Counted from the stretch's first letter, positions 44,375 through 55,393 are shown. The stretch: 64,000 nt of DNA from Gemmatimonadota bacterium (GCA_039591075.1 JBDHEI010000008.1:15984-79983), one strand, 5' to 3'. Translations and numbers: made by a program. The notes: generated from the sequence alone by a model not told the origin.

Positions 44375-45292
44375 CTATAACGTCACCTCGCCTTCGATCA
44401 CGGTGATGGCCTGTCCGCCCACACGCACCTCGGCGATGTCACCGCCGGGTGCGACATCGACCTCGACGTCGATCCGGCTGGGTCGGCCGATTTCGAGCCC
44501 CTGTTCCACCACGACGCGAGCAGTGCGGTCCGTCGCAGCCACGAGGTGGTGCCGAACCATGTAGGCGCCGAGGGCTCCGGCGGCGCTCCCGGTAGCGGGA
44601 TCCTCTGGCACCCCGAGTCCGGGCGCGAACATCCGGCAATGAACCGTGGCGTCCGCCGCGCGAGTTTCCCGTGTGAAGCACATCGCGCAGTCGGTGCCCA
44701 GGGTCCGGAGAAACGTTGCGAGATCGCCCCCGCGACCGCCGCTCGGCAGGGCGGCGAGCGCATCGAGCGACCTGACGGGGACCATGAGTTGGGGCAGGGC
44801 GGTCGAGACGACCTGCGGGGGTGGTTCGCCCGCGACGAGCTCGGCTCCGCCACCCAGCATCGTGCCGAGGGTGCCCACATCGGCAACGGTCGGCCCGAAC
44901 TGTGGCACGGCCTGGACCATGACGACGTTGGTCGGCTGCCCACCCACGGTCCGAATGCTCACGGGCAGCACCCCGGCACCGGTCTCTTGCGTCACCTGGG
45001 TGACCCCGTCGCGTGGGAGATCAACGTTGCCCCGTTCGGCGAGCGTCCACCAGGTGCCGATCGTCGGGTGACCGGCCAGTGGGATTTCCGCCGTCGGCGT
45101 GAAGAACCGCACGCGGCGCGTGGCGCTATCCGATGCGAAGACGAAGGTGGTCTCGGAGAGGTTCATCTCCCGCGCCAAGGCCTGCATGGCGGCGGGATCG
45201 AGGCCCGCGGCGTCTGGAAAGACGGCAAGCGCGTTGCCGGCTAGTCGGCGATTGGTGAAGACGTCGATCTGGTAGAATCGATAGCGGTGCAT
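44375..45292 (-). CDS. PhzF family isomerase
   Basis: DVFT...GN, EMNLSETTF, FTPTAEIPLAGHPT, EDPATGSA. Confidence 0.93.
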   Translation of the reverse strand: MHRYRFYQIDVFTNRRLAGNALAVFPDAAGLDPAAMQALAREMNLSETTFVFASDSATRRVRFFTPTAEIPLAGHPTIGTWWTLAERGNVDLPRDGVTQVTQETGAGVLPVSIRTVGGQPTNVVMVQAVPQFGPTVADVGTLGTMLGGGAELVAGEPPPQVVSTALPQLMVPVRSLDALAALPSGGRGGDLATFLRTLGTDCAMCFTRETRAADATVHCRMFAPGLGVPEDPATGSAAGALGAYMVRHHLVAATDRTARVVVEQGLEIGRPSRIDVEVDVAPGGDIAEVRVGGQAITVIEGEVTL

Positions 45293-45293
45293 C

Positions 45294-45848
45294 TCACCAT
45301 TTCACGTCCGGGACACCGGCGCGGTGGTTGGCCAAGCGAGCGAGCATGAAGAGGAGATCCGACAGCCGGTTGAGATAGCGGAGGATCTCGGGATCGACCG
45401 ACGACTCCCGCTGCAGGGTGACGACTCTCCGTTCGGCGCGGCGGCACACGGTGCGGGCCAGGTGGAGCTGCGCCGCCTTCGAGGTTCCGCCCGGGAGAAT
45501 GAACTCGTGCAGCGGGTCGAGCTCGCTGTCGGCCTGGTCGATCGCGGTTTCGAGCTCCCCGATGCGACCGGCAGGGATCACGGCCTTCCGAAGTGCCTTG
45601 GCCACCAGCTCCGGGGCGGGGCTCGCGAGTCGCCCGCCGATAGCAAGGAGGTCGCTCTGGATGGACTCCAGAAGTGGTCGCTCGAAGGCCACCGGCTCCG
45701 TCGCGAGCGCGACCCCGATCGCGGCGTTCGTCTCGTCCACGTCGCCATAGGCGACGACGCGGATCGCATCTTTCCGCACGCGATCACCGCCAAGCAGCGA
45801 CGTGTCGCCCTTGTCACCCGTCTTGGTGTAGATCTTCACGCTGACCAA
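45294..45848 (-). CDS. PduO-type cob(I)alamin adenosyltransferase
   Basis: KIYTKTGDKG, YGDVDE, RTVCRRAER, YLNRLSDLLF. Confidence 0.95.
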   Translation of the reverse strand: MVSVKIYTKTGDKGDTSLLGGDRVRKDAIRVVAYGDVDETNAAIGVALATEPVAFERPLLESIQSDLLAIGGRLASPAPELVAKALRKAVIPAGRIGELETAIDQADSELDPLHEFILPGGTSKAAQLHLARTVCRRAERRVVTLQRESSVDPEILRYLNRLSDLLFMLARLANHRAGVPDVKW

Positions 45849-45928
45849 GGTAGAGGTTCGCGCGTCGAGTCGCTACTCTCTCGCGTGCCGCCCGAGTCGC
45901 TGACTTACCTGGACGGTGCCGAGCGGAT

Positions 45929-47362
45929 ATGATGCACGCCACTGAGAGCAGCAGGGAGCGCATCATGCAGGTTGGTAGGTCCCGACCGTTGCGGGTGGCG
46001 ATCGTCGGATCCGGACCCGCGGGGTTCTACACGGCAGAGCATCTGTTCAAACGCGGGGGAGACCAGGTTCACGTCGACATGTTCGAGCGGCTCCCCACGC
46101 CGTTCGGGCTCGTGCGGTTCGGGGTGGCTCCCGACCATCAGAAGATCAAGAGGGCCACCAAGAGCTTCGAGCGCATTGCGACCAACCCCCGATTCCGCCT
46201 TTTCGGCAACGTGGAGTACGGTGAGCACGTCCGACTCGAGGATCTTGCCCGGCACTACCACGCCATCTGCTTCGCCACGGGTGCGCAAACCGACCGCAGC
46301 ATGAACATCCCCGGCGAGGACCTCGCGCGCAGCCACCCCGCGACGGACTTCGTGGCGTGGTACAACGGTCATCCCGCCTTTCGCGATCGAGAATTCGATC
46401 TCTCGGTGGAGCGGGTAGCGGTCGTAGGGGTGGGGAATGTGGCGGTGGACGTGGCCCGGATTCTCTCTCGCACGCCGGAAGAGCTGGAGCAGACCGACAT
46501 CGCCGACTATGCGCTCGCGTCGCTGCGCGAGAGTCGCATCAAGGAGATCTACGTCTTGGGTCGGCGCGGCCCGGCGCAGGCCGCGTTCACGAACCCCGAG
46601 ATCAAGGAACTCGGTGAGCTCGCGGGGGCCGACTTCGTCATCCCATCTGAGGACGTGATGTTGGATCCGCTGAGCGCCGCGGACCTGGCGAAGAGCGAGG
46701 ACCGTGCCCTGCTGAAGAAGGTGGAGATTCTCCAGGACGCGGCCCGGCGCTCGCCTGCCGGCAAGCCCCGCCGGCTGACGCTTCGGTTTCTCGTATCGCC
46801 TGTGGAGCTCATGGGGGATGCGGCAGGCCGGGTGGCCGGGATGCGCATTGTGCGCAACGAGCTGTATCGGGCGGACGACGGTACGCTTCGGCCACGGGCC
46901 ACCGACCTGACCGAAGATCTGGCGGTGGAGCTGGTATTCCGTTCGGTGGGGTATCGGGGCGTTCCGCTTCCCGGTGTGCCCTTCGACGACCGGCGCGGCG
47001 TGGTTCCCAATCAGGAAGGTCGGGTGATCGACCCCGCCACCGGCGAGCCCGTTCCCGGCCTCTACGTAAGTGGATGGATCAAGCGCGGGGCAACCGGGGT
47101 GATCGGGACCAACAAACCGGATGCGGGCGAGACGGTGGAACGCATGCTCGAAGACGTCGAGCGGGGTGCGGTCCCGAACCCGGGTGATCCGGACCCAGCC
47201 GCCATCGAAGCGCTCGTCAGGGATCGCCAGCCGGCGTGCGTGTCGCTCGACGACTGGACACGGCTGGACGAGATCGAGGTCCGGCGCGGCGAGGAACTCG
47301 GGCGGCCTCGGCTCAAGTTCACATCGGCAGCCGAAGTCGCGGAGGCCCTGGGACGCCCCTGA
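45929..47362 (+). CDS. Adrenodoxin-reductase-like ferredoxin-NADP+ reductase (FprA type)
   Basis: GSGPAGFY, PFGLVRFGVAPDH, GVGNVAVDVAR, GWIKRGATGVIGTN. Confidence 0.92.
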   Translation: MMHATESSRERIMQVGRSRPLRVAIVGSGPAGFYTAEHLFKRGGDQVHVDMFERLPTPFGLVRFGVAPDHQKIKRATKSFERIATNPRFRLFGNVEYGEHVRLEDLARHYHAICFATGAQTDRSMNIPGEDLARSHPATDFVAWYNGHPAFRDREFDLSVERVAVVGVGNVAVDVARILSRTPEELEQTDIADYALASLRESRIKEIYVLGRRGPAQAAFTNPEIKELGELAGADFVIPSEDVMLDPLSAADLAKSEDRALLKKVEILQDAARRSPAGKPRRLTLRFLVSPVELMGDAAGRVAGMRIVRNELYRADDGTLRPRATDLTEDLAVELVFRSVGYRGVPLPGVPFDDRRGVVPNQEGRVIDPATGEPVPGLYVSGWIKRGATGVIGTNKPDAGETVERMLEDVERGAVPNPGDPDPAAIEALVRDRQPACVSLDDWTRLDEIEVRRGEELGRPRLKFTSAAEVAEALGRP

Positions 47363-47366
47363 GTCG

Positions 47367-48863
47367 TTACCGGGCCAACTCCAGAACCAGTGAGTCGATC
47401 TGCTGGAGCATGGCCGAGTACGGCACGGTGTGGTTGTTGGCGAAGATGGCAAAGGCGACGGTACGGCCGTCGGGCCGCTCGACGTAGCCCGCCAGCGAAT
47501 TCACCCGTGCGATGCTCCCGGTCTTGGCCACGACTCGGCCTTCGAGCGGAGTCCCGATGAACCGGTCACGGAGCGAACCGGGCTGCCCCGAGCGTGGCAG
47601 TCCGCGGATAAACCCGCCTCCGCTCGGATGGGTGCGCATATAGGCCAGCACCTGCACGAGGGCGCGTGGGGTGAGCAGGTTCGTGGTTGCCAGTCCTGAG
47701 CCGTCGCTTAGGGCAATCGCGGTCGAGTCCACGCCGACCGAGTCGATGAGAAATCGCCGTTCGGCCGCCAGCCCGGCCTCCCACGATCCGGTCCCCGCCG
47801 TGTGCCGGCCGAGGTTCTTGAGGATCATCTCGGCAAACCAGTTCTGGCTGGAATTGAGGATCGGATAGACCAGATCGTCCAGCAATCGGGATGCCACCTC
47901 GGCGACCGGCGCCGTCGTGCGGAGTGACGCGTACAGTGCCGGATCGACCGTAGAGCGAGTCGGTCCCAGGACGCTCACGCCGCGCCGGGCCAACGCTTCG
48001 CGCAGCGCGGCGGCAAAGAACAGGTTGGGATCGGGGACCGCGAAGTACTCCGTACGGGGGCGGGCACGTGCCGACACGCCACCCTCTGCCCAGATCCGGG
48101 TCGTGCCGGGCTCCCGGAAGAAATCGATGGTGCGCCGCTCCCCCGCGTCCAGAGTGCGGGTGCGGTTCTCGAACAGGAACAGGCCGAGGTCCGGCCAGAA
48201 CTGCACCTCGACCGGAGCGCCGACAGCCGGGCCCGGCCCGTACGTCACGTCGAGGCTGTTGTCGTTGAATCCCAACCCCGACACCGGTGCAGCGTACCAC
48301 CAGTTCAAGTCGTAACTTTCCCACCCGGGATGGGTCAGTTCGGGGTCGAAGTGGCTCCCGTCGCCCACGACGGCGCCCGCCACCCGGCGGATGCCGCGGG
48401 CAACGAGCTGGTCGGCCAACGTGTCGACCCGCGCCCACGCGGAGTCGCATGCCCCGGCAGCGAGAGTGTCGGTGCCGTAGCACCGGGTGGAGAACGTGGG
48501 GTCGCCCCGACCGAAGATGACGAGGTCCCCTTGGAGGATTCCATCCGCTATTGGTCCCGCCGCATACACGCTCGTGATGGCGCGGAACTCGGCTGGGAGC
48601 AGCGCGCTGGCTGCCGCGGCGACCACGAGTTTCGCGGTCGAGGCAGGAATAAAGAGCCGGTCGGCGTTGTGCTCGTACAGCGTGCGGCCGCGCTCGTCGA
48701 TCGCCAGGATACCCCAGTGAGCCCGGTCGAGTGGCGGGCTCGCGAGTCGGCGCTCGATGCGCCGCGCCGGGGCGCCCTGGGCGTGGAGCGGGACGGCACC
48801 GCCGACCAGGGCGGCGCACGCTCCCAGGAACCACAGGTTGCGACGTAGGTTACAGTTCTTCAT
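47367..48863 (-). CDS. dacB: D-Ala-D-Ala carboxypeptidase/endopeptidase PBP4
   Basis: PASTAK (SxxK), SQN (SxN), KTG, GRGDP, DGSGL. Confidence 0.92.
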   Translation of the reverse strand: MKNCNLRRNLWFLGACAALVGGAVPLHAQGAPARRIERRLASPPLDRAHWGILAIDERGRTLYEHNADRLFIPASTAKLVVAAAASALLPAEFRAITSVYAAGPIADGILQGDLVIFGRGDPTFSTRCYGTDTLAAGACDSAWARVDTLADQLVARGIRRVAGAVVGDGSHFDPELTHPGWESYDLNWWYAAPVSGLGFNDNSLDVTYGPGPAVGAPVEVQFWPDLGLFLFENRTRTLDAGERRTIDFFREPGTTRIWAEGGVSARARPRTEYFAVPDPNLFFAAALREALARRGVSVLGPTRSTVDPALYASLRTTAPVAEVASRLLDDLVYPILNSSQNWFAEMILKNLGRHTAGTGSWEAGLAAERRFLIDSVGVDSTAIALSDGSGLATTNLLTPRALVQVLAYMRTHPSGGGFIRGLPRSGQPGSLRDRFIGTPLEGRVVAKTGSIARVNSLAGYVERPDGRTVAFAIFANNHTVPYSAMLQQIDSLVLELAR

Positions 48864-48917
48864 GGGTTACTCGGGGATCGCCGGTCGCGGGATGCGGCAA
48901 GCTATTGAGGTCCGCAC

Positions 48918-51056
48918 ATGAGGTCAATTCGTGTGGGGTGCCTTCTTGCCCTCCTCACCCTGGCCGCTCTGCCCCAGGGACTCACGGGTCAGGCTCGTGA
49001 TGTCCGGGGTCCCGTCGTGCGAGGGCTCGCCTTCGACGGCAACAAGTCGATCGACGACAACACCCTCGCGATCTCCATTGCCACCTCGGTGTCGACCTTC
49101 TTTGCGCGATCGGCCCTGGTTCGTTGGATGGGGTTCGGCGAACGGCGGTACTTCGACGAGGTCGAGTTCCAGCGAGACGTACTGCGAATCCTGGCCCTGT
49201 ATCGGCAGAGTGGGTTCGCAGACGCCACGGTCGACACGGTGGTGCAGCGGTTCGACGACGCGGTCAAGGTGCGCTTCGTCATCACCGAGGGCGAGCCCAT
49301 TCGGCTGGCGGCATTCACGGTGCGGGGTCAGGAAGACATCATCGCGACCCCCGAGCTCATGAGCACGTTCCCGCTGCGGGTAGACGATCCGTTCAACCGC
49401 GTGCTGATGCTGGCTTCCGCCGATACGGTTCGGCTCCGCCTCGCGAACCGTGGCTACCCGTTCGCCGAGGTTTTTCGGAACTTCGACATCGACCTGGAGA
49501 GCCGCACCGGAACGATCGAGTTCGAGGTGGATCCGGGTCCAAAGACCATCGTCGAGCGGGTGGAGATCGGCGGTCTCCGCGACGTGGACGAACAGGTGGT
49601 GCGGCGATCGGTATCCGTCGAGCCCGGGAAGACGTTCCGATTACGAGACCTCTATCAGAGCCAACTCGATCTGTACCGTACCGACCTGTTCAACTATGTG
49701 AGTGTATCGCTCGTCGATACCGCGCGGGGCCGGAGTGCTCCCGAATCGCTAGTCACCGTCCGGGTCCGCCTCGCCGAGGGGCCGCGACAGCGCCTTCGGC
49801 TCGGGGGAGGGTACGGTACGATCGACTGCTTCCGCACGCTGGGGAGCTGGACGCTCCTGGATTTTCTCGGCAACGGTCGATCGGTGCAGCTCCGCGGACA
49901 GGCCTCACAGATCGGGGTGGGGTCTCCACTGAGCGCCGGGTTCGAGCGTTCGGTGTGCGGAGCGCTGGCGAGTGAAGACACGAGTCGATTGAAGCTGAAC
50001 TACAATCTGACCGCCACGTGGCACGAGCCCCATGTCTTCTCGCGAAAGACGAGTGCCAATCTCACTCTCTACGGGGAGCGCTACACCGAGTACCGTGCCT
50101 ATCTCCGCGAGGCCGTCGGCGGCGAGGTCAGCGTCACCAACCATCCCCGCCCACAGCTTCCGGTCACGTTGTCGTACGGCTTGTCGTACGGGAGTACGAG
50201 AGCCGACCCGGCCGCGCTCTGTACCTTCCTGAACGTCTGCCGCAGCGAGGACACTCGGGTGTTCACGGAGGATCGCCTCCGGGCGACGTTATCGCTGTCG
50301 GCAGTGCGCGATGTGCGGAACTCCGTCTTGAATCCCACGGGAGGGAGCTGGCTTGGCTCGGAGATTCGGTGGGCCTCCCCGGTCATCGGATCCGACTCGC
50401 TGATCCGTTTTGCCAAAGGCACGCTGGAATTCTCGGTGTACGGCCGCGCCGGCCGACAGAGCGTGCTCAGCGTCCGAGCCAAGATTGGCCGGATCCTCCC
50501 GTCGACGCTGGGGGCCAATGCGCAGGATCTCAGGTTCGTACCGCCTGAAGAGCGGTTCTATGCCGGGGGTGCCAGCACCGTTCGCGGCTACGGCCAGAAC
50601 GAGCTTGGACCGAAGGTGCGCGTGCTGGATACGGTCATTGTGCGCACGGAGGACCGAAACGGGCAGTCGGTGCAGGTCGTCGACAGCGTGATTCGGACCT
50701 CTCCGATCGGCGGAAACGAGCTGATCATTCTGAACGCGGAATACCGGGTGCCGTTGGCGGTGTTCTCGAACCGGCTCGCGGCAGCCGTCTTTGTGGATGC
50801 AGGTCGAGTGGTGGACCGTACGAGCGACGTGGCACGCGGGAGCGGCTTGCGCATCACGCCGGGGATAGGGATGCGGCTCGCGTCGCCGCTCGGCCCCATC
50901 CGCCTCGACGTCGCGTTCAATCCGTACCCGACCGATCTGAGCCCGCTCTATAGAAAGGAAGGCCCTGACCTGGTCCTGGTCACCCAGACGTATCAGCCGA
51001 CCCGCTCGTTCCTGGGTCGCTGGCGACTGCACTTCTCCGTGGGACAGCCCTTCTGA
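48918..51056 (+). CDS. Omp85 family outer-membrane protein (TamA/BamA-like)
   Basis: POTRA-like repeats, FYAGGASTVRGY, SPLGPIRLD, terminal GQPF. Confidence 0.9.
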   Translation: MRSIRVGCLLALLTLAALPQGLTGQARDVRGPVVRGLAFDGNKSIDDNTLAISIATSVSTFFARSALVRWMGFGERRYFDEVEFQRDVLRILALYRQSGFADATVDTVVQRFDDAVKVRFVITEGEPIRLAAFTVRGQEDIIATPELMSTFPLRVDDPFNRVLMLASADTVRLRLANRGYPFAEVFRNFDIDLESRTGTIEFEVDPGPKTIVERVEIGGLRDVDEQVVRRSVSVEPGKTFRLRDLYQSQLDLYRTDLFNYVSVSLVDTARGRSAPESLVTVRVRLAEGPRQRLRLGGGYGTIDCFRTLGSWTLLDFLGNGRSVQLRGQASQIGVGSPLSAGFERSVCGALASEDTSRLKLNYNLTATWHEPHVFSRKTSANLTLYGERYTEYRAYLREAVGGEVSVTNHPRPQLPVTLSYGLSYGSTRADPAALCTFLNVCRSEDTRVFTEDRLRATLSLSAVRDVRNSVLNPTGGSWLGSEIRWASPVIGSDSLIRFAKGTLEFSVYGRAGRQSVLSVRAKIGRILPSTLGANAQDLRFVPPEERFYAGGASTVRGYGQNELGPKVRVLDTVIVRTEDRNGQSVQVVDSVIRTSPIGGNELIILNAEYRVPLAVFSNRLAAAVFVDAGRVVDRTSDVARGSGLRITPGIGMRLASPLGPIRLDVAFNPYPTDLSPLYRKEGPDLVLVTQTYQPTRSFLGRWRLHFSVGQPF

Positions 51057-54000
51057 TGGCCCGTCGTGTGGTGACGGTGCTCGCCTTACTCGCGGCGTGG
51101 GTCACCGGCGTGACCATGGGTGTGGCCGGTGCGGCGCTCAGGACGCAAACCGGTCGGCTCGCTGTGGTCGCGTGGGCGCTCGACCTGGCCAATCGTGCCG
51201 TGACGGGGTCGATCGAGGTCGGCGACGTCGACGGCTCTTTCCTTCGCGGGCTCGAGCTGCGTGAGGTCGTCGTCCGCACCGACGATGGGTCCACCGTTGT
51301 GCGGGCGGAGCTGGTCGGCGTGGGGTACGGCATTCGAGAATTGCTGCGGGGACGGATCGTGTTCGGGGAGCTCAGGCTCCTACAACCGGAAATCACGGTT
51401 GTACAAGTCCGGCCCGGAGCCCCATTCAACTTCGAGACGTTGTTCCCGACCGACGACCGGGCCGAGCCCAGGCCTGGACCACTCATCGCATTCGGCGACG
51501 TATCGATCACCGCGGGCCGCATCGTGGTGAAGACACCGGTTCCGGATGGGGCCGTAGGCGTCCGCGAGCGGGAGCGGGGTCCGGATGGTCCGCTGCAGGT
51601 CCGTCGATTCAAACGCCTGGACGGCCACCTCGGCTATCTCCGAGTCTCGTCACCGAGGAGGGACGATCCTATCCTGATCGAGGTCACGCGGCTTCGCACG
51701 GATGTCTCTGATCCCGTGCTGAGCGTGTGGGATCTTCGCGGGACCGCACGTGTGTGGAGTGATTCGCTGGCGCTGGATCTGAGTCGTGTCATGCTGCCAC
51801 AGACGGAGGCGCAACTCGAGGGAACCGTGACGTGGAGTTCCGGATCGTTGGGTTTCGATCTCGAAGGTCGGGCGTCGCCGGCTGCGACCGACGACGTCCT
51901 GGGGTTGGTCCCGGCGCTCCCTGCGGGGCTCCGCGGGCAGGCGCGCTTCGAGATGCGCACGCCGCGCGCGGACGTCCTCGCGTTTGCGGGGCACGGCCTG
52001 GACGTGCGGGGGCTGGAGGGCGGCCGTATGCGCGGACGCTTGGGCATGATCCTCGGACCCAGAGAGCAGTGGGCCTTTGAGCAGACCGCGCTCGAGCTCG
52101 ACGACTTCGATCTGGAGTACGTGCGCGGCTACCTCGATACGCTGCCCTTTGTGGGTCGGGTGACGGGTCGGGTCGCGGCGGACGGTCCCGCGGAGCGGCT
52201 CATGCTCGAGCTCGACGCCGGGTTACGGGATCTCTTGGTCGAGGGTGAACCGGTGTCGACCGCCCGAGGCTCGGGCATCGTCGCCTTGAGCGACGAGGAC
52301 TTCGTCTTCCGGGACTTCATGGTCCAAGAGGCCGACATCAGCCTCGCAACCGTGCGGCGCTTGGTCCCGGCCATGCTCCTGCAGGGGCGTCTCGCGGGAT
52401 CGGGTGTCCTCACCGGCCCGTGGCTGAACGCGACGTTCGACGGGCGGCTCACGCACCGCGATCGTCCGTTGCCGGAGAGCGCCGCCACGGGTCGGCTCAC
52501 GCTCGACGCGCGCCGCGATACGCTGGGCGCGTGGGCCGAACTCGTGTTCGATTCGCTGCGCCTGGGTGGGCTGCGTTCGAGTTTCGAGGGACTCGACCTC
52601 GCGGGGGCGTGGCACGGGACGGTTACCATTGCGGGCTTTGTCGATTCGCTCGCCCTCACCGCGAGGCTCGACGGCGATGGCGGTGTGCTGGACCTCGGTG
52701 GCGCGTTCTTCTTCGTGGAGGCCGGCATGGGCGCGCACCAGGTTCAGGTCCGAGGAGAGCGTCTCGACCTGGCGCAGCTGTCGCCCCAATTCCCCATGAC
52801 CGACTTGAACGGGTTGATCATCGGCGCAGGCAGCTTCGCCACCGACGATCGTCATCCGTTTCGCGCCGACGTCGCGCTGGGACGATCGTCGGTGCAGCGC
52901 GTCAACATCGATACCGCGACCGCCGTTGCACTGCTCGCCCCCTCGCGCGTGACGTTCGACACCCTAGCGATCGAGGCATACGCCCTGCGCATCCACGCCG
53001 TGGGGGGAATGGGCCTCGACACGGCGGTGCGGGACACGCTGACGTTCACGGCCGTCACGGACTCGATCGGCGTCTTCGAGCCCGTGCTCGAGCGGATCCT
53101 GGGTCCGCTCGAGACGACGGATGAGACCATTCCGCGTCCGTCGGGGTCGGCGCGAGCCGCCGGGCGGGTCGTGGGATCCGTCGACGAGTTCCAGGTGGTT
53201 GCCGACATCGACTTGGCGCAGCTGCGCCGCGCCGACGCGTACGTCTCCCATGCCGGCGGCGTCTTCACCTGGGTATCCGCCACGCGGAGCCTTCGGCTCG
53301 ACGCGTCAATCGATTCGATGGCGGTTGGCGCGGTGGCTCTGGGTGATGCGCGTGTGGGGCTTCACGGGCAGCTCGATTCACTGGGGTGGCACGCCCAGTC
53401 GCGATTGGGTCACGGGGCGTGGATCGGGGCAGGGCGATGGCTCCGCGACTCGACGGTTGCAGAGTTGGCGTTCGATTCGCTGGGATTGAGCCTGGCCTCG
53501 GGCCCATGGTTCTTGGATCCCGGCGCATCCGTCGCGCTGGACGACAGCGGACTCACATTTACCGAGCTGGTGCTGCGCAATGCTCAAGGTCCGGGTGTGG
53601 CCTCCGTCCGCGGCCGATGGCCGTTCCGCGGAGAGGGCGTGTTGGAAGGCGCTATTGACGGTCTGCAGTTCGGTGACGTGATGGTTCTGGCCTTCCGGGA
53701 TCCGGAGGATGCGGCCGGCGAATTGAGTGGGACGTTCACGCTTGGAGGTACGGCCCGCGCTCCGGTGCTCTCGCTGTCCGCCAACCTACGCGACGTGCGC
53801 TATCGGAACTTCAGCGCTCCGTACACGCAAGGCGTGTTCGAGTACCGAGATCAGCGGCTTCGCGGTGATTTCGAGCTGCGGCGACTCGGGGTCCCGATCC
53901 TCTCGGTGACGGCGGAATTGCCCGTCGACCTGGCTCTCGCGAGCGTCGAGCGACGGCGGCTCCCTGGGCCCGTGAGTGTCCGGGCGCATGCAGAGGGCGT

Positions 54001-55393
54001 CGATCTCGCCCTGCTCGAGACGACATTACCGCAGGTTCGTGAGACCATGGGAACCTTCGATGCTGACTTTGGCGTCGAGGGTACGTGGGAGCAACCGCGC
54101 CTGACCGGGCAGCTCGCGATCAGGAACGGCAGCGCAACGTTCCCGGCTCTAGGTGTGCGTCACGAGGCAATCGATGGCCGGCTCTCGCTCTCTGGCGACA
54201 CGGTCTGGGTGAATGAACTCTCGCTCCAGAGCGGGTCCGGGACGGCGACGGTGAGCGGCTACGTCCGATTCGAGGAGTTGAGCAAGCCGATCCTCGCACT
54301 GCGCGTCGCCTCGGCAAACTTCCGCGCGATTGACGTCCGCGGGTTTCTCACGCTCGCTACGACGGGGAGGGTTCAGCTCGATGGGCCGCTGTATCAGGCC
54401 CGGTTGACCGGCAGCGCCACGGCCACGCGTGGGGTGCTCTACTTCGCCGACCTCGTGACCAAGGAGATCATCAATCTCGAAGATTCGCTCTATGCCCAGT
54501 TCGTCGATACGGCCCTCGTGCGGCGACAGGGGCTCGGTGCCGAGTTCCAGAGCCGATTCCTCGATAGCCTGCGCATCGACAGCCTCCGAGTAGACATGGG
54601 GCGGGACTTCTGGTTGCGTTCCACGGAGGCCAACGTCCAGTTGGCCGGCAACGTGTTCGTCAGCAAGGTGCGAAAAGAGTACCGACTCGATGGGATCCTC
54701 GAGGCGCCGCGTGGCATCTACCGGCTCCAGCTCGGGCTCGGGACGAACCGGGATTTCACGGTGACTAGAGGTCAGATCCGATACCTTGGCACCACGGATT
54801 TGAACGCGGACTTGGACATCGACGCCCGCCACGTCGTACGTGGGACGGTTGGAGAGGACGTGAACGTGAATGTTCACATCGGTGGAACGCTCTACGATCC
54901 TCGGCTGGCGCTCTCCAGTGATTTCCAGCCGCCGCTGTCCGAGCCTGAGATCATCAACTACTTGGTGTTCGGTGCCCCGACTCTTCGTGAGGGGCCGGGC
55001 GCTGGATTGGATTCGAGGCTGTTCACCCAGTGGCTCACTACAGCGTTCTCGGGTCAGCTCGAGTACGCGTTGATCTCGGATCTCGGCGTGCCGCTGGACT
55101 ACCTTCAGATTCGGCCGACGACGACCGTGAGCGGACTGAGCGGTGCAGAGGTCGCCGTCGGAAAGCAATTCCAGGTTCTGGGGACCACGGCGTTTCTGAC
55201 GGCCAGCCCGCGGCTATGCCGGCGGCAGGCCACGTCGTTTGCCAGCATTGGGGCGAGCCTCGAGTTCCGTTTGAGCCGGCAGTGGCTGGTCGCGGCAAGC
55301 GTGGATCCTCTGACCAGCTGCGAAAACCCATCGGCACAGTCCGCGGTGAACTACCAGTTCGGGGCCGACTTGTTCTGGGAGAAGCACTACTAG
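51056..55393 (+). CDS. TamB-like translocation/assembly module protein
   Basis: 1445 aa, N-terminal anchor, beta-rich, C-terminal TamB-like GTLYDPRLALSS..PLSEPEIINYL; coupled to the Omp85 gene. Confidence 0.85.
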   Translation: MARRVVTVLALLAAWVTGVTMGVAGAALRTQTGRLAVVAWALDLANRAVTGSIEVGDVDGSFLRGLELREVVVRTDDGSTVVRAELVGVGYGIRELLRGRIVFGELRLLQPEITVVQVRPGAPFNFETLFPTDDRAEPRPGPLIAFGDVSITAGRIVVKTPVPDGAVGVRERERGPDGPLQVRRFKRLDGHLGYLRVSSPRRDDPILIEVTRLRTDVSDPVLSVWDLRGTARVWSDSLALDLSRVMLPQTEAQLEGTVTWSSGSLGFDLEGRASPAATDDVLGLVPALPAGLRGQARFEMRTPRADVLAFAGHGLDVRGLEGGRMRGRLGMILGPREQWAFEQTALELDDFDLEYVRGYLDTLPFVGRVTGRVAADGPAERLMLELDAGLRDLLVEGEPVSTARGSGIVALSDEDFVFRDFMVQEADISLATVRRLVPAMLLQGRLAGSGVLTGPWLNATFDGRLTHRDRPLPESAATGRLTLDARRDTLGAWAELVFDSLRLGGLRSSFEGLDLAGAWHGTVTIAGFVDSLALTARLDGDGGVLDLGGAFFFVEAGMGAHQVQVRGERLDLAQLSPQFPMTDLNGLIIGAGSFATDDRHPFRADVALGRSSVQRVNIDTATAVALLAPSRVTFDTLAIEAYALRIHAVGGMGLDTAVRDTLTFTAVTDSIGVFEPVLERILGPLETTDETIPRPSGSARAAGRVVGSVDEFQVVADIDLAQLRRADAYVSHAGGVFTWVSATRSLRLDASIDSMAVGAVALGDARVGLHGQLDSLGWHAQSRLGHGAWIGAGRWLRDSTVAELAFDSLGLSLASGPWFLDPGASVALDDSGLTFTELVLRNAQGPGVASVRGRWPFRGEGVLEGAIDGLQFGDVMVLAFRDPEDAAGELSGTFTLGGTARAPVLSLSANLRDVRYRNFSAPYTQGVFEYRDQRLRGDFELRRLGVPILSVTAELPVDLALASVERRRLPGPVSVRAHAEGVDLALLETTLPQVRETMGTFDADFGVEGTWEQPRLTGQLAIRNGSATFPALGVRHEAIDGRLSLSGDTVWVNELSLQSGSGTATVSGYVRFEELSKPILALRVASANFRAIDVRGFLTLATTGRVQLDGPLYQARLTGSATATRGVLYFADLVTKEIINLEDSLYAQFVDTALVRRQGLGAEFQSRFLDSLRIDSLRVDMGRDFWLRSTEANVQLAGNVFVSKVRKEYRLDGILEAPRGIYRLQLGLGTNRDFTVTRGQIRYLGTTDLNADLDIDARHVVRGTVGEDVNVNVHIGGTLYDPRLALSSDFQPPLSEPEIINYLVFGAPTLREGPGAGLDSRLFTQWLTTAFSGQLEYALISDLGVPLDYLQIRPTTTVSGLSGAEVAVGKQFQVLGTTAFLTASPRLCRRQATSFASIGASLEFRLSRQWLVAASVDPLTSCENPSAQSAVNYQFGADLFWEKHY

